Assembly (NCBI GenBank): GCA_033442325.1
Contig: JAWQFM010000010.1
Location: 1,492,730 to 1,556,729, forward strand
Origin: Salpingoeca rosetta
Lineage: Eukaryota > Protista > Choanoflagellata
Length of the DNA stretch: 64,000 nucleotides
Reading direction: 5' to 3'
In this document: piece after piece, positions 13,765 to 30,876 of the stretch
Numbering within the stretch: the stretch's first letter is position 1
Layout: every line of letters begins with the position of its first letter
Program-made: the position numbers and the translations under genes
The notes under the pieces: model-generated
What the model was told of the DNA's origin: nothing
Databases searched by the model: none
What the model saw: the letters and a program-made list of their open reading frames with translations, nothing else

Positions 13765-14054
13765 GGTTCTCCAGCACACACCACGGGTATGTTGTTGCTG
13801 TTCCCACGCGTTTTGCTTTGAAGCGCTGAGCAGAACAACGGCAGCGTTGTGAGTTTGTATTGGAGCAAATGGGAACAACAACAAGCAAAACCAAAACAAA
13901 CAACAACACAAATTAAATGGATGGACAGGCAGGTTTTGCTTTTTGACGTTTCGCGCGTCCATTGACATTCATTTACTGTCGAGGCTGTCACACGTCATAC
14001 AACACACGTCACAACACACGTCACAGCACATCACAGTCACAGCATATGTGTTCC

Positions 14055-14441
14055 TCATGTGACTGTTGCTGCTGAAGGGTAAGCCACACGTTGGTCCTGC
14101 AAGAACGCGGCCCACACCTTTGGAAACAACGACCCAACAGCCTCGGGCGTGAACGAAGGAGCAGCAGATACAGATGCATCATCATCACCATTATCACCAT
14201 CACCATCATCGCCATCATCATCGCCATTGTCAGCATGTGCTTGTTGTTGTTGCTGCTGCTGCTGCCTCTCACGGCGGGCACGAGGGCGGTACTGGTCTCG
14301 ATGCGCGGTTGCATCAAAGGCCAAGTGCTCCTCGCTAATCACCCACTCAATGAACCTCTGTTGTTTGGTGTGCGTTTGTGTTTGGTGCGTGTGTGGTATG
14401 TAATGTGAAGAACAGCGACGGGGTGCATCCAACAGTCACTG

Positions 14442-14515
<74 letters not shown>

Positions 14516-14686
14516 GCATGCACGCACACACACACACGATCAAACACACCTTTGCCAAAGCCTGCCACTGCATCAGTTCGTCCTTGCTAAAGCCGAGCCA
14601 GTCGCGGATATCGCGCAGGCGCGCGTTGGTCTTTGTCACGCACGATGATCGAATCGACGCATACGGCGTGTCTGGCGACTTCACCT

Positions 14687-14764
<78 letters not shown>

Positions 14765-16204
14765 CGTGCATGTGTGTGTGTGTGTGCGTGCGTGAGAACG
14801 AACACTGAAGATTGCTGACACACAATATTCGTTGTGACGCAGCGTTGTGACGTTGAAACGCAGCAACTCAGGCACCCATCACCTCCCTCAAGTTGTTATC
14901 ACTGCTGGGCGTGAGTGCACGTACCACGCGGGAGACGGCCGCCTTGACCTTTTCGCGGATGGCGCGAAGAACAACATACCAGATTGTCTTCTTCTTGAAC
15001 AGCCCAATCACCTTGGGAGAGGCAGTGTGGCGGTGCAATGAGTGGTGATGGTGAGGTGCGCTGTCAAGAACGGCAAACGCAAGCAGACACATGCACACGC
15101 GTACATCAACATGCACATATGCACATATGAGCAGAGGAGATTGGTCACTCACGTTTCCGGTTGTTGTGTCTGAATCAAGGATGTACAGCACCCGTCCCTC
15201 CTGAAGAGAAAAAAAAACATGGTGGCATGCCGCGAATGAGCTACATGTGCGTGCGTACACATGCGCGCGCACATACGCCACACGCGTGTACATATATACA
15301 CACGCACGCACATACACATACATGTGCACACACATGCACACACGCACACACCTTGCCAAAGGTACGGCGCACGTCTGCTGTGTGCTCGTTGAAGCGAATA
15401 AACGGAATAACCTGCGGTACGCGCAATGTAAAAAGGTGTGAAACAACAACATGTTGGCGGAGCAATCGATCGTATGCACACAGGAGCGTGCGCGCACGCA
15501 AAATTCGCACACACACACACACGCACACACTTGCAGACAGACAGACACACACACACACACGCACACACTTACAGACACACACACGCACGCACGCACACAC
15601 TTACATACACACGCGCGCGCACAACACACACGCACACATGCACACGCGCACACACGCACGTCGTAGTTGACCGTCTCCATGCCAAGCCGCCGCATAATCT
15701 CAATGCCAACAAGTGGATGCACATCACACAACGACGACCTGCAAACACAGCCAGGAAACACGTGAGATGCGTGAAGGCGCAGTGCTGTACGTGCACATGC
15801 ACATGTGATTTTCCCTTCAGAAGAAACATGTGGCAGCGACAACCATACCGCTGTCCGTCAAAGTGCTGCGCTGTGAATGCAAAGAAGAGCAGTCGCGGTG
15901 TGTCCCCCAGCAGCTCCACATGCTGGTATGACGGCTGCACGTGTTCACCGCATTGCGTGGACCAGCATTTCACAACCGTGAATAAGCGAAACGTGTCAGA
16001 TTGAAGTGACAACACAACACAACGCTCGCACATGTAAGCGCACTCCACGACACACACACACACACACACACCTGCAAGAGCTCAAAGTTTGCTGTGAAGC
16101 CCGTGCAAGCGAGGAAGGACAGCAGTGCGGCGCCTTTGTCCTCAAGCTTCTCCAGACACTCGAAGATGACACGTGCAATCACGGCAGCAATCCTATCCCA
16201 AGAT

Positions 16205-16296
<92 letters not shown>

Positions 16297-17597
16297 GCAC
16301 GTGGTCAAAGGATGAGACATCGACGTGCTGTGCGCGTACGGGTACAACTCATGCATGTAATCTCCCCAACCGCCCTGCAAGCAAGTGTGCACTCACCGAA
16401 ACTTGCTATCCGTGTACAACTCAATATCGCTGCGCTTGGTGACGCACATGTGTACGTTCTTTGAGCCGCACACCAACACATACTTGTTCTGTAACCAGCA
16501 AGCATGCGTATGTCAGAATGGCGCGAGCACATACAAGGGCATTCACACACGCACAAACACACACGCACAAACACACACGCACAAACACACGCGCATTCAC
16601 ACACACACACGCACACACACACACACGCACACACACACACACGCACACACACACACACACACGCACACAACACGCACACACACACACACACACGCACACA
16701 CACAAACACACAAACACCCAAAGCACACAAAGCACACACCTGAATCCAACGGCAGGCGAGATGAGCGGCTTCACCGTTGGCCTTCTCCATGGAGAAGATG
16801 GTGTGCGCCTGCTCGATGGGAGCCAAGAAGTAGGACGTCCACGCAGCTTCCTGACCCGGTCCAGCAGGCATGTCATCATCATCTCCCAAACCACCCGTGA
16901 ACTTGCGCAGCCCTTGCAGCACGGGAATCTGCAATGCCTTGCCCTTGTACTGCAGCTGCAAGATCGAATTGCCCCTGGCGATGCGATCCCGGATCTGCAA
17001 AACCACCAGCCAGAGTGAGATGCACGCGACCATGGAATGCACATTCACAACCACACACACACACACATACACACACACACACACACTGGCACTCACACTC
17101 ACACTCACACTCACACTCACACACTCACACTCACACACGCACACCCACACTCACACACACACACTCTCTCACACACTGGCACTCACACTCACACACTCAC
17201 ACTCACACGCACACCCACACTCACTCACTCACACTTACACACTCACACACACACACGCACACACACACACTCACACTCACACACGCACATCTTTGTTGTG
17301 GAGAAAGACGAGGTCATCTGGGCCCCGGGACTTGACGCGAATGTCAACGACTGCCATGCTGGTGCAGTTCTTGGGCAGCAGTGAGCGGTGAACAGGGATC
17401 TCCTGAGCGCGCAAATCGCGATGTTGGCGGACGAACGCAAGCACGTCCTTGCACGTGGCAGTGTCTGCGAGCTCCTCGACGCCTGCGTCCTTGCAATGCA
17501 TCTTGCAGTGCTCAATCAGCGCGTCCACAGCATCGGCCACGCGACCTGTGTCGTGCAGTGGCACATCGCCAACCATCTTCTTCACCAGCGCCGCCAT
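14055..17597 (-). CDS. Standalone ATP-dependent RNA ligase-like protein (Trl1/Rnl1-type adenylyltransferase domain)
   Basis: Spliced exons carry the covalent-nucleotidyltransferase motifs in order: GLRKFTG, I MEKANGE, Ia GSKNVH, III TANFELL, IIIa LLFFAF, IV EGRVL, V LFKKKTIWYVVLRAIREK. ATG at 17597, stop at 14055. Confidence 0.72.
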
Positions 17598-17972
17598 TTT
17601 CTCAGACAGAAAGAAGCCGAATGCTTTCCAAACGCAAGCAAGCAACCAGGGAATCGGGCAATGCAGTACCCCACGCAGCAGGTGCCGGTGTGTGTCCTCT
17701 CTTCGGTCCAACACGAAGGTAAATAAATGAATGAGAGTGCCTCGCGGCTGGAGCTGGAGAACAGCCACAGATCAGTTGGTCAGCCGTGTAACAACAAACA
17801 ACCAAGCAGCCATAACTGCGCGTTCGGTCATCTTGGGTGTGCTGACGTCAGCAGTTTGCTTGCTGGCTTTGTTTGTGTGGATTTCCGCCACTGCGCAATC
17901 CCCCTCCCCGCCAAGTCCTTCCAACCTTACGATTGCGATCACTCGATCACCCACCAACGAGAACGAAGAACA

Positions 17973-18597
17973 ATGAGTGCCGAGAACCCAACAGAGCCGC
18001 TTGTCTTTGTGGCAAGGTTAGGCTGTGTGTACGTGTGTGTATGTGTGTGCGTTGTGTATATGTATGTGTATGTGTTTGAACCGCAACAGGGTACGTTAAC
18101 GATCGCGTCCACGATCTAGTCGCGCACAGACAGACAGACAGACACACACACACACAGACACACACAGACAGACAGACAGACACACACACACACACACACA
18201 CACGCTCACATGCTCACGCTCACATGCTCACACGCCCACACACACACACACACGTTGACATCATCTGTTTCCCCGTCAACATGGGTGTTGTGCACAGCTA
18301 CAACAAGTTTGAGAACCTGGCACACACGCCGGACGGCACGGTGTCGGCGCATTCGCTCTACGTCTACCGGCTCGACACGCAAACAGGCCAGCTCGTGTTA
18401 CTCACCGTCCTGGACGGTTTCGAGAATCCAGCCTTCCTGCGCTATCACCCCCAGGTGCGTCAACTGCCACAACACAGACCGCTACATTCGTATGACATTG
18501 AATGGGGTCATCCTGTGCCCTTTGGCGGTCTCTGTTGTGTCCAACATGAGCGTTCATTGGTTGCACTTTGCAACTGCCGCACACCCGGTTCTCACAC

Positions 18598-18634
<37 letters not shown>

Positions 18635-19004
18635 CGCACGCAGCTGAATGTGCTGTACTTCTGCACGGAAAGCATCGCGGACGATGGCGACATTGTGGCG
18701 TGCAAGGTGAACGCACGCACGGGTGCACTCAGCGTCTTGGGCAAGTGGTCCGCGCATGGCAAATCCACCTGCTACCTCACCATCGACACAGACCTCAAGC
18801 ACATGCTCGGTTCGTTGTCTGCGTGCGTGCGTGCGTGCGTGCGTGTGTGTATCGATGGGCACTCTTCCTTCTCTTGCAAGGCGTCTTGAATCGTGTCATT
18901 CCGTTTAGCACCCTCTGTCCCCGTCTCTGCCCCAAACACACACACACACACACGCACACACACGCACACACACACGCACACACACACACACACACACTCA
19001 CTCA

Positions 19005-19093
<89 letters not shown>

Positions 19094-19446
19094 CACACAC
19101 ATGCACGTGTGGCGCTGCGATAGCGGTCAACTACTGGGACTCGACGCTGTCTGTGCTTCCGATGGAGACAAGCGGGGCCCTGTCTCCCGTCTCCTTCAAG
19201 CTTGTGCCGGACCGGAAGGTGGTTGCGAGCTCTCGAAGTGACCACCTCACCAACCGGCAGCTGGAGCCCCACAACCACGCCATTGTGCTTGATCCATACA
19301 ACGGTACGGTGGCATATGTGCCAGACCTCGGCACGGATGTCATCAAGCAGTTTGTCTTTGATAAAGGCACAGGCAGTCTCATCCATGCGGGGCAGTTTCA
19401 GTCAGGATCCGGTTCGTCCCATGTGTGTGTGTGTGTGTGTGTGCTC

Positions 19447-19477
<31 letters not shown>

Positions 19478-19954
19478 TCTTTGTGTGTGTGTGTGTGTGT
19501 CTGCCAGTGTCTAAAGGTGTTTGTGCGTGTGTGTGTGTGTCTGTGTATGTGTTTTTGAATGCGCGCGTGTGTGTGTCTGTGTAGATACTGATGTGTATAG
19601 TTGTGTGGTCGTACAGTACACATGGGCATATCGTTATGCGCGCCTCGTCACATCCCTCACACCACCTCTTACCGCCTCTGCATCTCTCGTCATTTCTCCC
19701 AACACCCCTTCCCCTCCACATATCTTACTCATACCTGTGCACATGCACAACAGACGAGCTGAAGCCCCATGGTCCCCGCTACTTGCAGTTCCACCCAAAG
19801 CTGCCTGTTGCGTACGTTGTGAACGAGCTGTCGTCAACCGTTGCGGTGTTCTCCTTCAACATCGAGCAAGCCGCACGCATCGCCGAGGAGCCAGAGAAGC
19901 CGACTCTCACCCTGCTCCAAACCATCAGCACCATCCCTTCAGGTACGTTGGGCG

Positions 19955-20051
<97 letters not shown>

Positions 20052-20539
20052 TACTGTGCGCAGGTCTGCACACAGTTCTGTGCAGCTCTATTTGCCTGCC
20101 TACATGCATGCACACCTTCATGCATGGATGCCATCTCGTTACTCAGCACACTCGCCCGTGCGCTCTGCAATACATGTGCACTTTGTCTGTTCCAGCGTTT
20201 CCGCGCCATCTCAACACGTGCGGGCGCATCACAGTCACCAACGCGGGCACCTTTGTTGTCGTGTCCAACCGCGGCCACAACTCCATCAGCACATATCGCG
20301 TCAACGATGACGGGACGCTCTGCTCAGCCGACTACTTTCACACGCGCGGGAGAACGCCGCGCCACTTCCAGTTTGACTCCACCGGAAACTGGCTCCTTGT
20401 CGCCAATCAGGACACGGATTCTGTGTCCGTGTTTTCGTTTGATCGCAAGCACGGCACGCTCAACTTTGCAGGACACACGTACGACGTGCCGTCTCCCAAC
20501 TTTGTCTGCGTGCAAATGCCATACCACGAGGCTCAATGA
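17973..20539 (+). CDS. 6-phosphogluconolactonase / cycloisomerase-2 family 7-bladed beta-propeller lactonase (YbhE/Pgl type)
   Basis: ENPAFLRYHP, AVNYWDSTL, RQLEPHNHAIVLDP, VPDLGTDVI, HGPRYLQFHPKLPVAYVVNELSSTV, VVSNRGHNSI, GRTPRHFQFDSTGNWLLVANQDTDSV. Confidence 0.9.
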
Positions 20540-20805
20540 AGCAATTTGCGCGGTGCCCGTGCTTCTCTTGCAAACGTATGCGTGCGTGCGTGCGTGTGTG
20601 TGTGTGTTTGTGTGCGTGTGTATGTGTGTTGTGTGCGTGTGGTTGCTGTGCGAGTGCCGTGGAAGCTTCGACAGATGTGTTGTACATTGTGGTTTTATTA
20701 AAAGGCAAGGAATTCACAGCGCAGAGGCAAGGCAGACATGCAAACATTGTTCGTTTAAGGGGGCAGATAGGCGAAAGTGTGTGTGTGTGTGTGTGCGTGT
20801 GGTGC

Positions 20806-20925
20806 GCATTCATGTGTGTGGTGCGCGCATTCATGTGTGTGGTGTGCGCATTCATGTGTGTGGTGTGCGCATTCATGTGTGTGGTGCGCGCATTCATGTG
20901 TGTGGTGCGCGCATTCATGTGTGTG
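20806..20925. repeat. 21-bp minisatellite (gcattcatgtgtgtggtgYgc) between two convergent 3' ends
   Basis: About 5.5 tandem copies visible. Confidence 0.85.
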
Positions 20926-20969
20926 CATGTATGCGCGCAAACACGCACGCCAGCGTATGTGGTTCAAGG

Positions 20970-25082
<4,113 letters not shown>

Positions 25083-25232
25083 TGTCGATGGTTGTTGTGC
25101 GTTGTTGGCGAAGATGACATGACACGAATGAATGCAACATCATCAGTCGTGTGACACAACAAGATTTTAATTGACAGCTTGACGGCCACGCAACTGCCAT
25201 GCCATGTCACCCACGCACGCTCACACCTCATC

Positions 25233-27308
25233 TCACTCGCTCACCACCGCTGCCTTCTCCTTCTTGACCTTCTTGTCCTTCTTCTTCTTGTCCTTCTTGT
25301 CCTTCCTCGCCTTGCCTTCGATCTTCCCCTCCTTCGGCCCATCGTCCATCGTCATCTTTGCCTTCTTGGCCGCGTGCTCGCCAGCATCTCCAGTACCGCC
25401 AGCATCTGCTGCCTCCACCTCTCTCTTTTCACCATGCCCCCTACCCCTACCTCTGCCCCTACCTCTGCCCCTACCTCTGCCACCACGGCCACCACGGCCA
25501 CCACGGCCACGACCACGCTTTGCTGCCTCTGTTCGTTCTGCAACAATCTCCTCCGCTTCCATCAGCACATCCGTGCTTGGCTGCACGCGCATCTTGTACT
25601 GCGCAGGCTTCATAAACACCAGCGTCTGTGTGTGTGTGTGTGTGCGTGTGTGTGGTAAGCGTGTGTGAATGAGTGTGTGTCGTTGGTGTGTGTGTGTGTG
25701 TTGTTGTTGTTGTTGTTGGTGTGTGTCGTTGGTGTGTGTGTATAGTGTACGTGAAGGTGTGAATGAGTGAGAAAGTGCAGGTGTGTGAACGAGATTGTGT
25801 AGATAGTCTGTAGATCGTGTAAGAGCCAGTTTATCAAACAGAGACTCGAATCCTGGGATGCTCCCCATCACCTCACGTCCATCAGCAAGCACAAGCCCTT
25901 CCCTCCCCCAACACACGCACACACACACACACACACCTTGCATCTGGCTGCCGCCTTGTCGGACTCTGCGTCAAACTCCTTTGCCTCTGCCAGCGTCGTC
26001 TTGTGGCGGTACCCTGGGAAGAGCTGGGCGTTGAAGTCGAGCATGCCTGCCAGCACCAGGCCGGCCTCTTTCCCAAGCGCAGGAATGTCCCAGCCGCTGT
26101 AGGGGAGGCTGCATACGAAGGACGCAAGGGGCACGCGCGGGGAGAGATGAGGCTGAGATGTCCACGCGTCTGAAAAGCACAAAGCCTACGGTTTCTCTCT
26201 CACACACGTACACACTCACACACACGCATGCACAGTGCATGCGAACGAACCCTGACCCTCACAATCGCGCGCACACACACACACACACACACACGCACAC
26301 ACACATCTTCACGCACACACACACGCACACACACACACACGCACACGCACACACACACGCACACACACACACACATCTTCACGCACGCACGCACCTCATT
26401 TTGATGGTGATGTGAACTTGGCCGTTGGGATGGAGGACAAACGGGGATGAGAAGAGGAAGCGACGAACCAGCTCTTTGTTCAGATGCACACGCTGCTCCC
26501 CCGTGTGCGGGAAGTTGAACACAACGCGATGGAAGTACTCGCGCTGCTTTGGAAAGTGGTTGTGCAAGTTGCCGGCATCGATGTCGTGTACGACCTGCGC
26601 TCCGCCGCGCTTGATCGCGCCAATGTTGCGCTTGCTGGCCTTGTACTTCTTCTCCACCTCCTCCAGGCTGTCATAGGAGGTGGCGACGAGGCGATCGGCG
26701 TGGCCGCCAACATGCTCCACCAAGCCCGCAGAGAAGCTGAAATCGCCATCGCCCACAACCAGGATGCGGTGCGTGCTCTTGTACTTGACATCCGCCGTTG
26801 CCCTCTCCCGATCCTCCCCGGCTGTGGGCTTGGGCGATTTCTCGGGCCGCTTTCCTTCGCGGGTCTGCTTTGTTCTCCCAGCCGGTGGTGCATATTCCAC
26901 TTGATGGTCTGCGCGTCCTCCGCGTCCTCCGCGTCCTCCGCGTCCTCCGCGTCCTGGCCCACGACCACGGCCACGACCACGGCCACGACCACGGCCACGG
27001 CCACCCCTGTCACCACCTCGACCTCCCCTGAATCCACTTCCTCGATCACCGCCTTCTTCTCTACCACCCCTGAACCCTCCTCCCCTGCCACCACCACCAC
27101 CACCACGACCACCCGTGAATCCTCCTCTGCCACCACCACGACCACCACGACCACCCCTGAATCCTCCTCGGCCACCACCACCACGACCGCCACCTCTGCC
27201 ACCACCACCACGACCACCCCTGAATCCACCCCGGCCACGACCACCACCCCGGCCACGACCACCACCACGACCACCACGACCTCCTCTGCCACCGCGCACC
27301 AACATCAT
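25233..27308 (-). CDS. 25S rRNA (uridine-N3)-methyltransferase BMT5-like (DUF2431) with long N-terminal RGG region and Lys-rich tail
   Basis: [13 protein letters not shown]...LVATSYDS...HDIDA...[12 protein letters not shown]...NKELVRRF...GQVHITIK|SLPYSGWDI...FPGYRHKTT. Three exons; about 130-aa RGG tract; KKDKK tail. Confidence 0.85.
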
Positions 27309-27556
27309 GTCTCGTGTGTTCGGCCACGAGGGTTGCGGAAAATTTGCAATGATTCCCGACATATCACCGAATTACATCATGGCAGTGGCGTTGGGCCAAG
27401 AAGGACAAGCAACTCACATCGAAGAGAGAACACAAACCAAGCTAACGTTGTTGCTTGCTTGCTTCATCATCATTCACACCTCCTTGACTTGCTTCACCGA
27501 CTGAGCGGTGCCTGCGAACGACAGACGATCAAGGTAGAAGACGGCAGCGAGAACAC

Positions 27557-29883
27557 ATGATGGTGGTGGCTGCTACGGTGCGAGGCGTGTTGCGCCGCGC
27601 CGCTGCAACGCGACAAACAGCAGCGATCCCTCCACAGCCATCGATCGTGGCCACTGGCATGCTTCAGGCACAGCGACATGGATTCGCAACATCATCGTCC
27701 ACCGCATCGAAAGACAACAGTACCACCACAACTACTGCAACTGCTACAACCAGTGCTGCTGCTGCGACAGCTGCTGCCGCTGCTGCGACAGCTGAGAAAC
27801 CAGTGTCTGTCACCATCAACGGCAAGCCGTGCCAGGCATCGCTGGGCCAAACGATCCTTGAGGTTGCTCGCGACAACAACCTGTTCATCCCCACCCTGTG
27901 CTACCACCCCTCCCTCAAGCCCGTCGGGACGTGCCGCCTCTGCCTTGTGGACGTCGGCGGCAAGAAGACGGTAGGTTCGGAGGAAGATGAGAAGGGTCAC
28001 GCACGTGTGCCAACAAGCGCCGCTGTGCGATGGCGTCCCCTGCCGCTGTTGGATGTTAGTTGGGTTGGTGCTGCTGCTGCTGCTGTTGCTGCTGCTGCGA
28101 TCTCTGCCTCATATGTCGTTGTGACAATGGCGATGCATGCATGCTTGCACAGGTTCCCGCGTGCGTGACTGGTGTTCAGGACGGGATGAATGTGCTCACG
28201 CACACAAAGGAGATTGAGGACGAGGTGCAGACCCTGCTTGCTCTTCTGCGTGCCAGGCACCCCATGAAGTGTGCAACTTGCCCCGTCAACGGCCAATGCG
28301 AATTCCAGGTATGGTGTGTATGTGTGTGTATGTGTGTGTATGTGTGTGTATGTGTGTGTATGTGTGTATGTGTGTGTATGTGTGTATGTGTGTATGTGCG
28401 TGTGTGTGCACGATGTGTGTGTATGTGCGTGTGTGTACACGATGTGTGTGTGCACGATGTGTGTGTGTGTACGCGATATGTGCTTACATGTTTGTGTACA
28501 TACATGCGTGCGTCTGCGTTCTGCCAGGATCTGCTGATGCGGTATCAGGTGGAGGAGCCCGCTTTCTTTGGCCATGAGGACCGCAAGTCCGCTGTTGGCC
28601 GCACGCACGATCACTCCTCCCCCGCCATCCAACTCGACCTTGACAAGTGCGTGCTGTGCACACGCTGCGTGCGCGCTTGCCAGGAGATTCAGGGCATGAG
28701 CATTCTTGGCATTGCGTCGCGTGGGCCATACGAGTCCGTGTCACCTATCATGGGCAAGGAAATTGCAGACACGCCCTGCATCAGCTGCGGTGCGTGCACG
28801 GCCGTGTGTCCCGTCGGCGCCATCACAGAGGTGCCGCACCTCTTCAAGGTACTCCATCTGCTGGAGGGCGACTTCACACACGAGGACCTGACACGCGACG
28901 AGATCACGCGGCTTGGCGGCATGCCCACCGTGCGCCACCACCTCACGCGTGCGCGCCAGGTCAAGACCATGGGGGACGTGTGCGGTGCACAGCAGGCCAA
29001 GGCCGGCATCAAGGTGGAGGAACAGTCACCATCGTCACCACAATCCACGTCAGCAGCACCATCAACAAAGCAGCCATCAGCAAGCAACACCACGTCCGCA
29101 GCTCCAGAGACGAGCAAGAGCCGACTGCGCCGACCCATCACTATTGTGCACACTGCGCCTGCTGTGCGCGTGACCCTTGGTGAAGCCTTTGGCATGGAGC
29201 CTGGCAGCATCTCCACGGGCAAGCTGGTCAGCGCCCTTCGCGCCGTGGGCTTTGACTACGTCTTTGACACTAACGTGAGTCGTCGGTGTACGTGTATGCT
29301 TGTATGTATGCATGCTTGTTTGTGAATGTGTAGGTGAATGTGTGTGTGTGTGTGTGGATGTGTAGGTGAATGTATGTGTGTAGGTGAATGTGTGTATGCG
29401 TGTGTGTGGATGTGTAGGTGTCTGTGTGGTGATGGTTTTCATGTTTGGCGTGTGATTTTGAGCACGCTTGCGTGTGTATGTGTGTGTGTGTATCTGTTGT
29501 GACATACGTTGGTTGGGGCATCGATTGGGTGTGTGTGGTTGGGCAACTTCAACACGTTTCAACACACGTTACGTTTGGGCCCAATTTTGAAAACGGTTCC
29601 AAACGGTTGGGGATCGACCCCGCGGTGTTGCTTCTGACGCACCCAAATCAAGTGACACGTCATCGCTGATGCTCATGTGTGTCCTCGTCCGTGCTTGTTG
29701 TCGTCGTTCTTGTTGGTTATGGCGTTGTTGTTATGTTGTTGTTGGTGGTGCTGGATGGTGCGTGATGTCTCGGACAGTTTACGGCAGATTTGACGATTAT
29801 GGAGGAAGGCACCGAGCTGCTTGAACGCGTGCGCACGGGAGGCGTCTTCCCCATGATGACCAGCTGCTGCCCAGGATGGATCA
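27557..29883 (+). CDS. hydA: [FeFe]-hydrogenase, long form with N-terminal Fe-S clusters and a mitochondrial-type presequence; 3' part lost in the gap
   Basis: Exons 27557-27970, 28153-28308, 28528-29274, 29778-29883. 2Fe-2S: IPTLCYH..GTCRLC..PAC. His-ligated cluster: [14 protein letters not shown]. 2x[4Fe-4S]: [11 protein letters not shown] and [13 protein letters not shown]-domain: [16 protein letters not shown]|[12 protein letters not shown]1 motif TSCCPGW. Confidence 0.93.
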
Positions 29884-30015
29884 GTGAGTGCCAACACCTT
29901 AGCGTTGTGTGATGAGATTTCTGTCCTTTGTAGCTTTCGCTCCTACTTTCTGTTGCCTCTCGCTTCGTGTGTGAGCACCCTTACTCACACACACACACTC
30001 TCTCTCTCTCACAAC

Positions 30016-30198
30016 CACTCACTCACTCACTCACTCACTCACTCACTCACTCACTCACTCACTCACTCACTCACTCACTCACTCACTCACTCACTCACTC
30101 ACTCATTCACTCACTCACTCACTCACTCACTCACTCACTCACTCACTCACTCACTCACTCACTCACTCACTCATTCACTCACTCACTCACTCACTCAC
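30016..30198. repeat. (TCAC)n microsatellite in a hydrogenase intron, running into the gap
   Basis: Tandem actcactcac. Confidence 0.95.
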
Positions 30199-30199
30199 C

Positions 30200-30876
30200 N
30201 NNNNNNNNNNNNNNNNNNNNNNNNNNNNNNNNNNNNNNNNNNNNNNNNNNNNNNNNNNNNNNNNNNNNNNNNNNNNNNNNNNNNNNNNNNNNNNNNNNNN
30301 NNNNNNNNNNNNNNNNNNNNNNNNNNNNNNNNNNNNNNNNNNNNNNNNNNNNNNNNNNNNNNNNNNNNNNNNNNNNNNNNNNNNNNNNNNNNNNNNNNNN
30401 NNNNNNNNNNNNNNNNNNNNNNNNNNNNNNNNNNNNNNNNNNNNNNNNNNNNNNNNNNNNNNNNNNNNNNNNNNNNNNNNNNNNNNNNNNNNNNNNNNNN
30501 NNNNNNNNNNNNNNNNNNNNNNNNNNNNNNNNNNNNNNNNNNNNNNNNNNNNNNNNNNNNNNNNNNNNNNNNNNNNNNNNNNNNNNNNNNNNNNNNNNNN
30601 NNNNNNNNNNNNNNNNNNNNNNNNNNNNNNNNNNNNNNNNNNNNNNNNNNNNNNNNNNNNNNNNNNNNNNNNNNNNNNNNNNNNNNNNNNNNNNNNNNNN
30701 NNNNNNNNNNNNNNNNNNNNNNNNNNNNNNNNNNNNNNNNNNNNNNNNNNNNNNNNNNNNNNNNNNNNNNNNNNNNNNNNNNNNNNNNNNNNNNNNNNNN
30801 NNNNNNNNNNNNNNNNNNNNNNNNNNNNNNNNNNNNNNNNNNNNNNNNNNNNNNNNNNNNNNNNNNNNNNNNNNNN
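30200..30876. other. Assembly gap (N run)
   Basis: Run of N; interrupts the hydrogenase gene. Confidence 1.

Noticed and set aside
20806-20925. Regularly spaced 21-bp repeats resembling a CRISPR array
   Set aside because: Head-to-tail with no unique spacers, no cas genes, and a eukaryotic context.
25790-25900. Non-repetitive island with a small hairpin in the BMT5-like intron; possible snoRNA
   Set aside because: No clean C/D box pair or two-hairpin H/ACA layout can be seen by eye; it would need an Infernal/snoReport scan.
27557-29883. Alternative calls: complex I 75-kDa subunit (NDUFS1) or Nar1/CIAO3
   Set aside because: The N-terminus is similar to NDUFS1, but the H-domain motifs ([21 protein letters not shown]) and the full cluster set indicate a true [FeFe]-hydrogenase.
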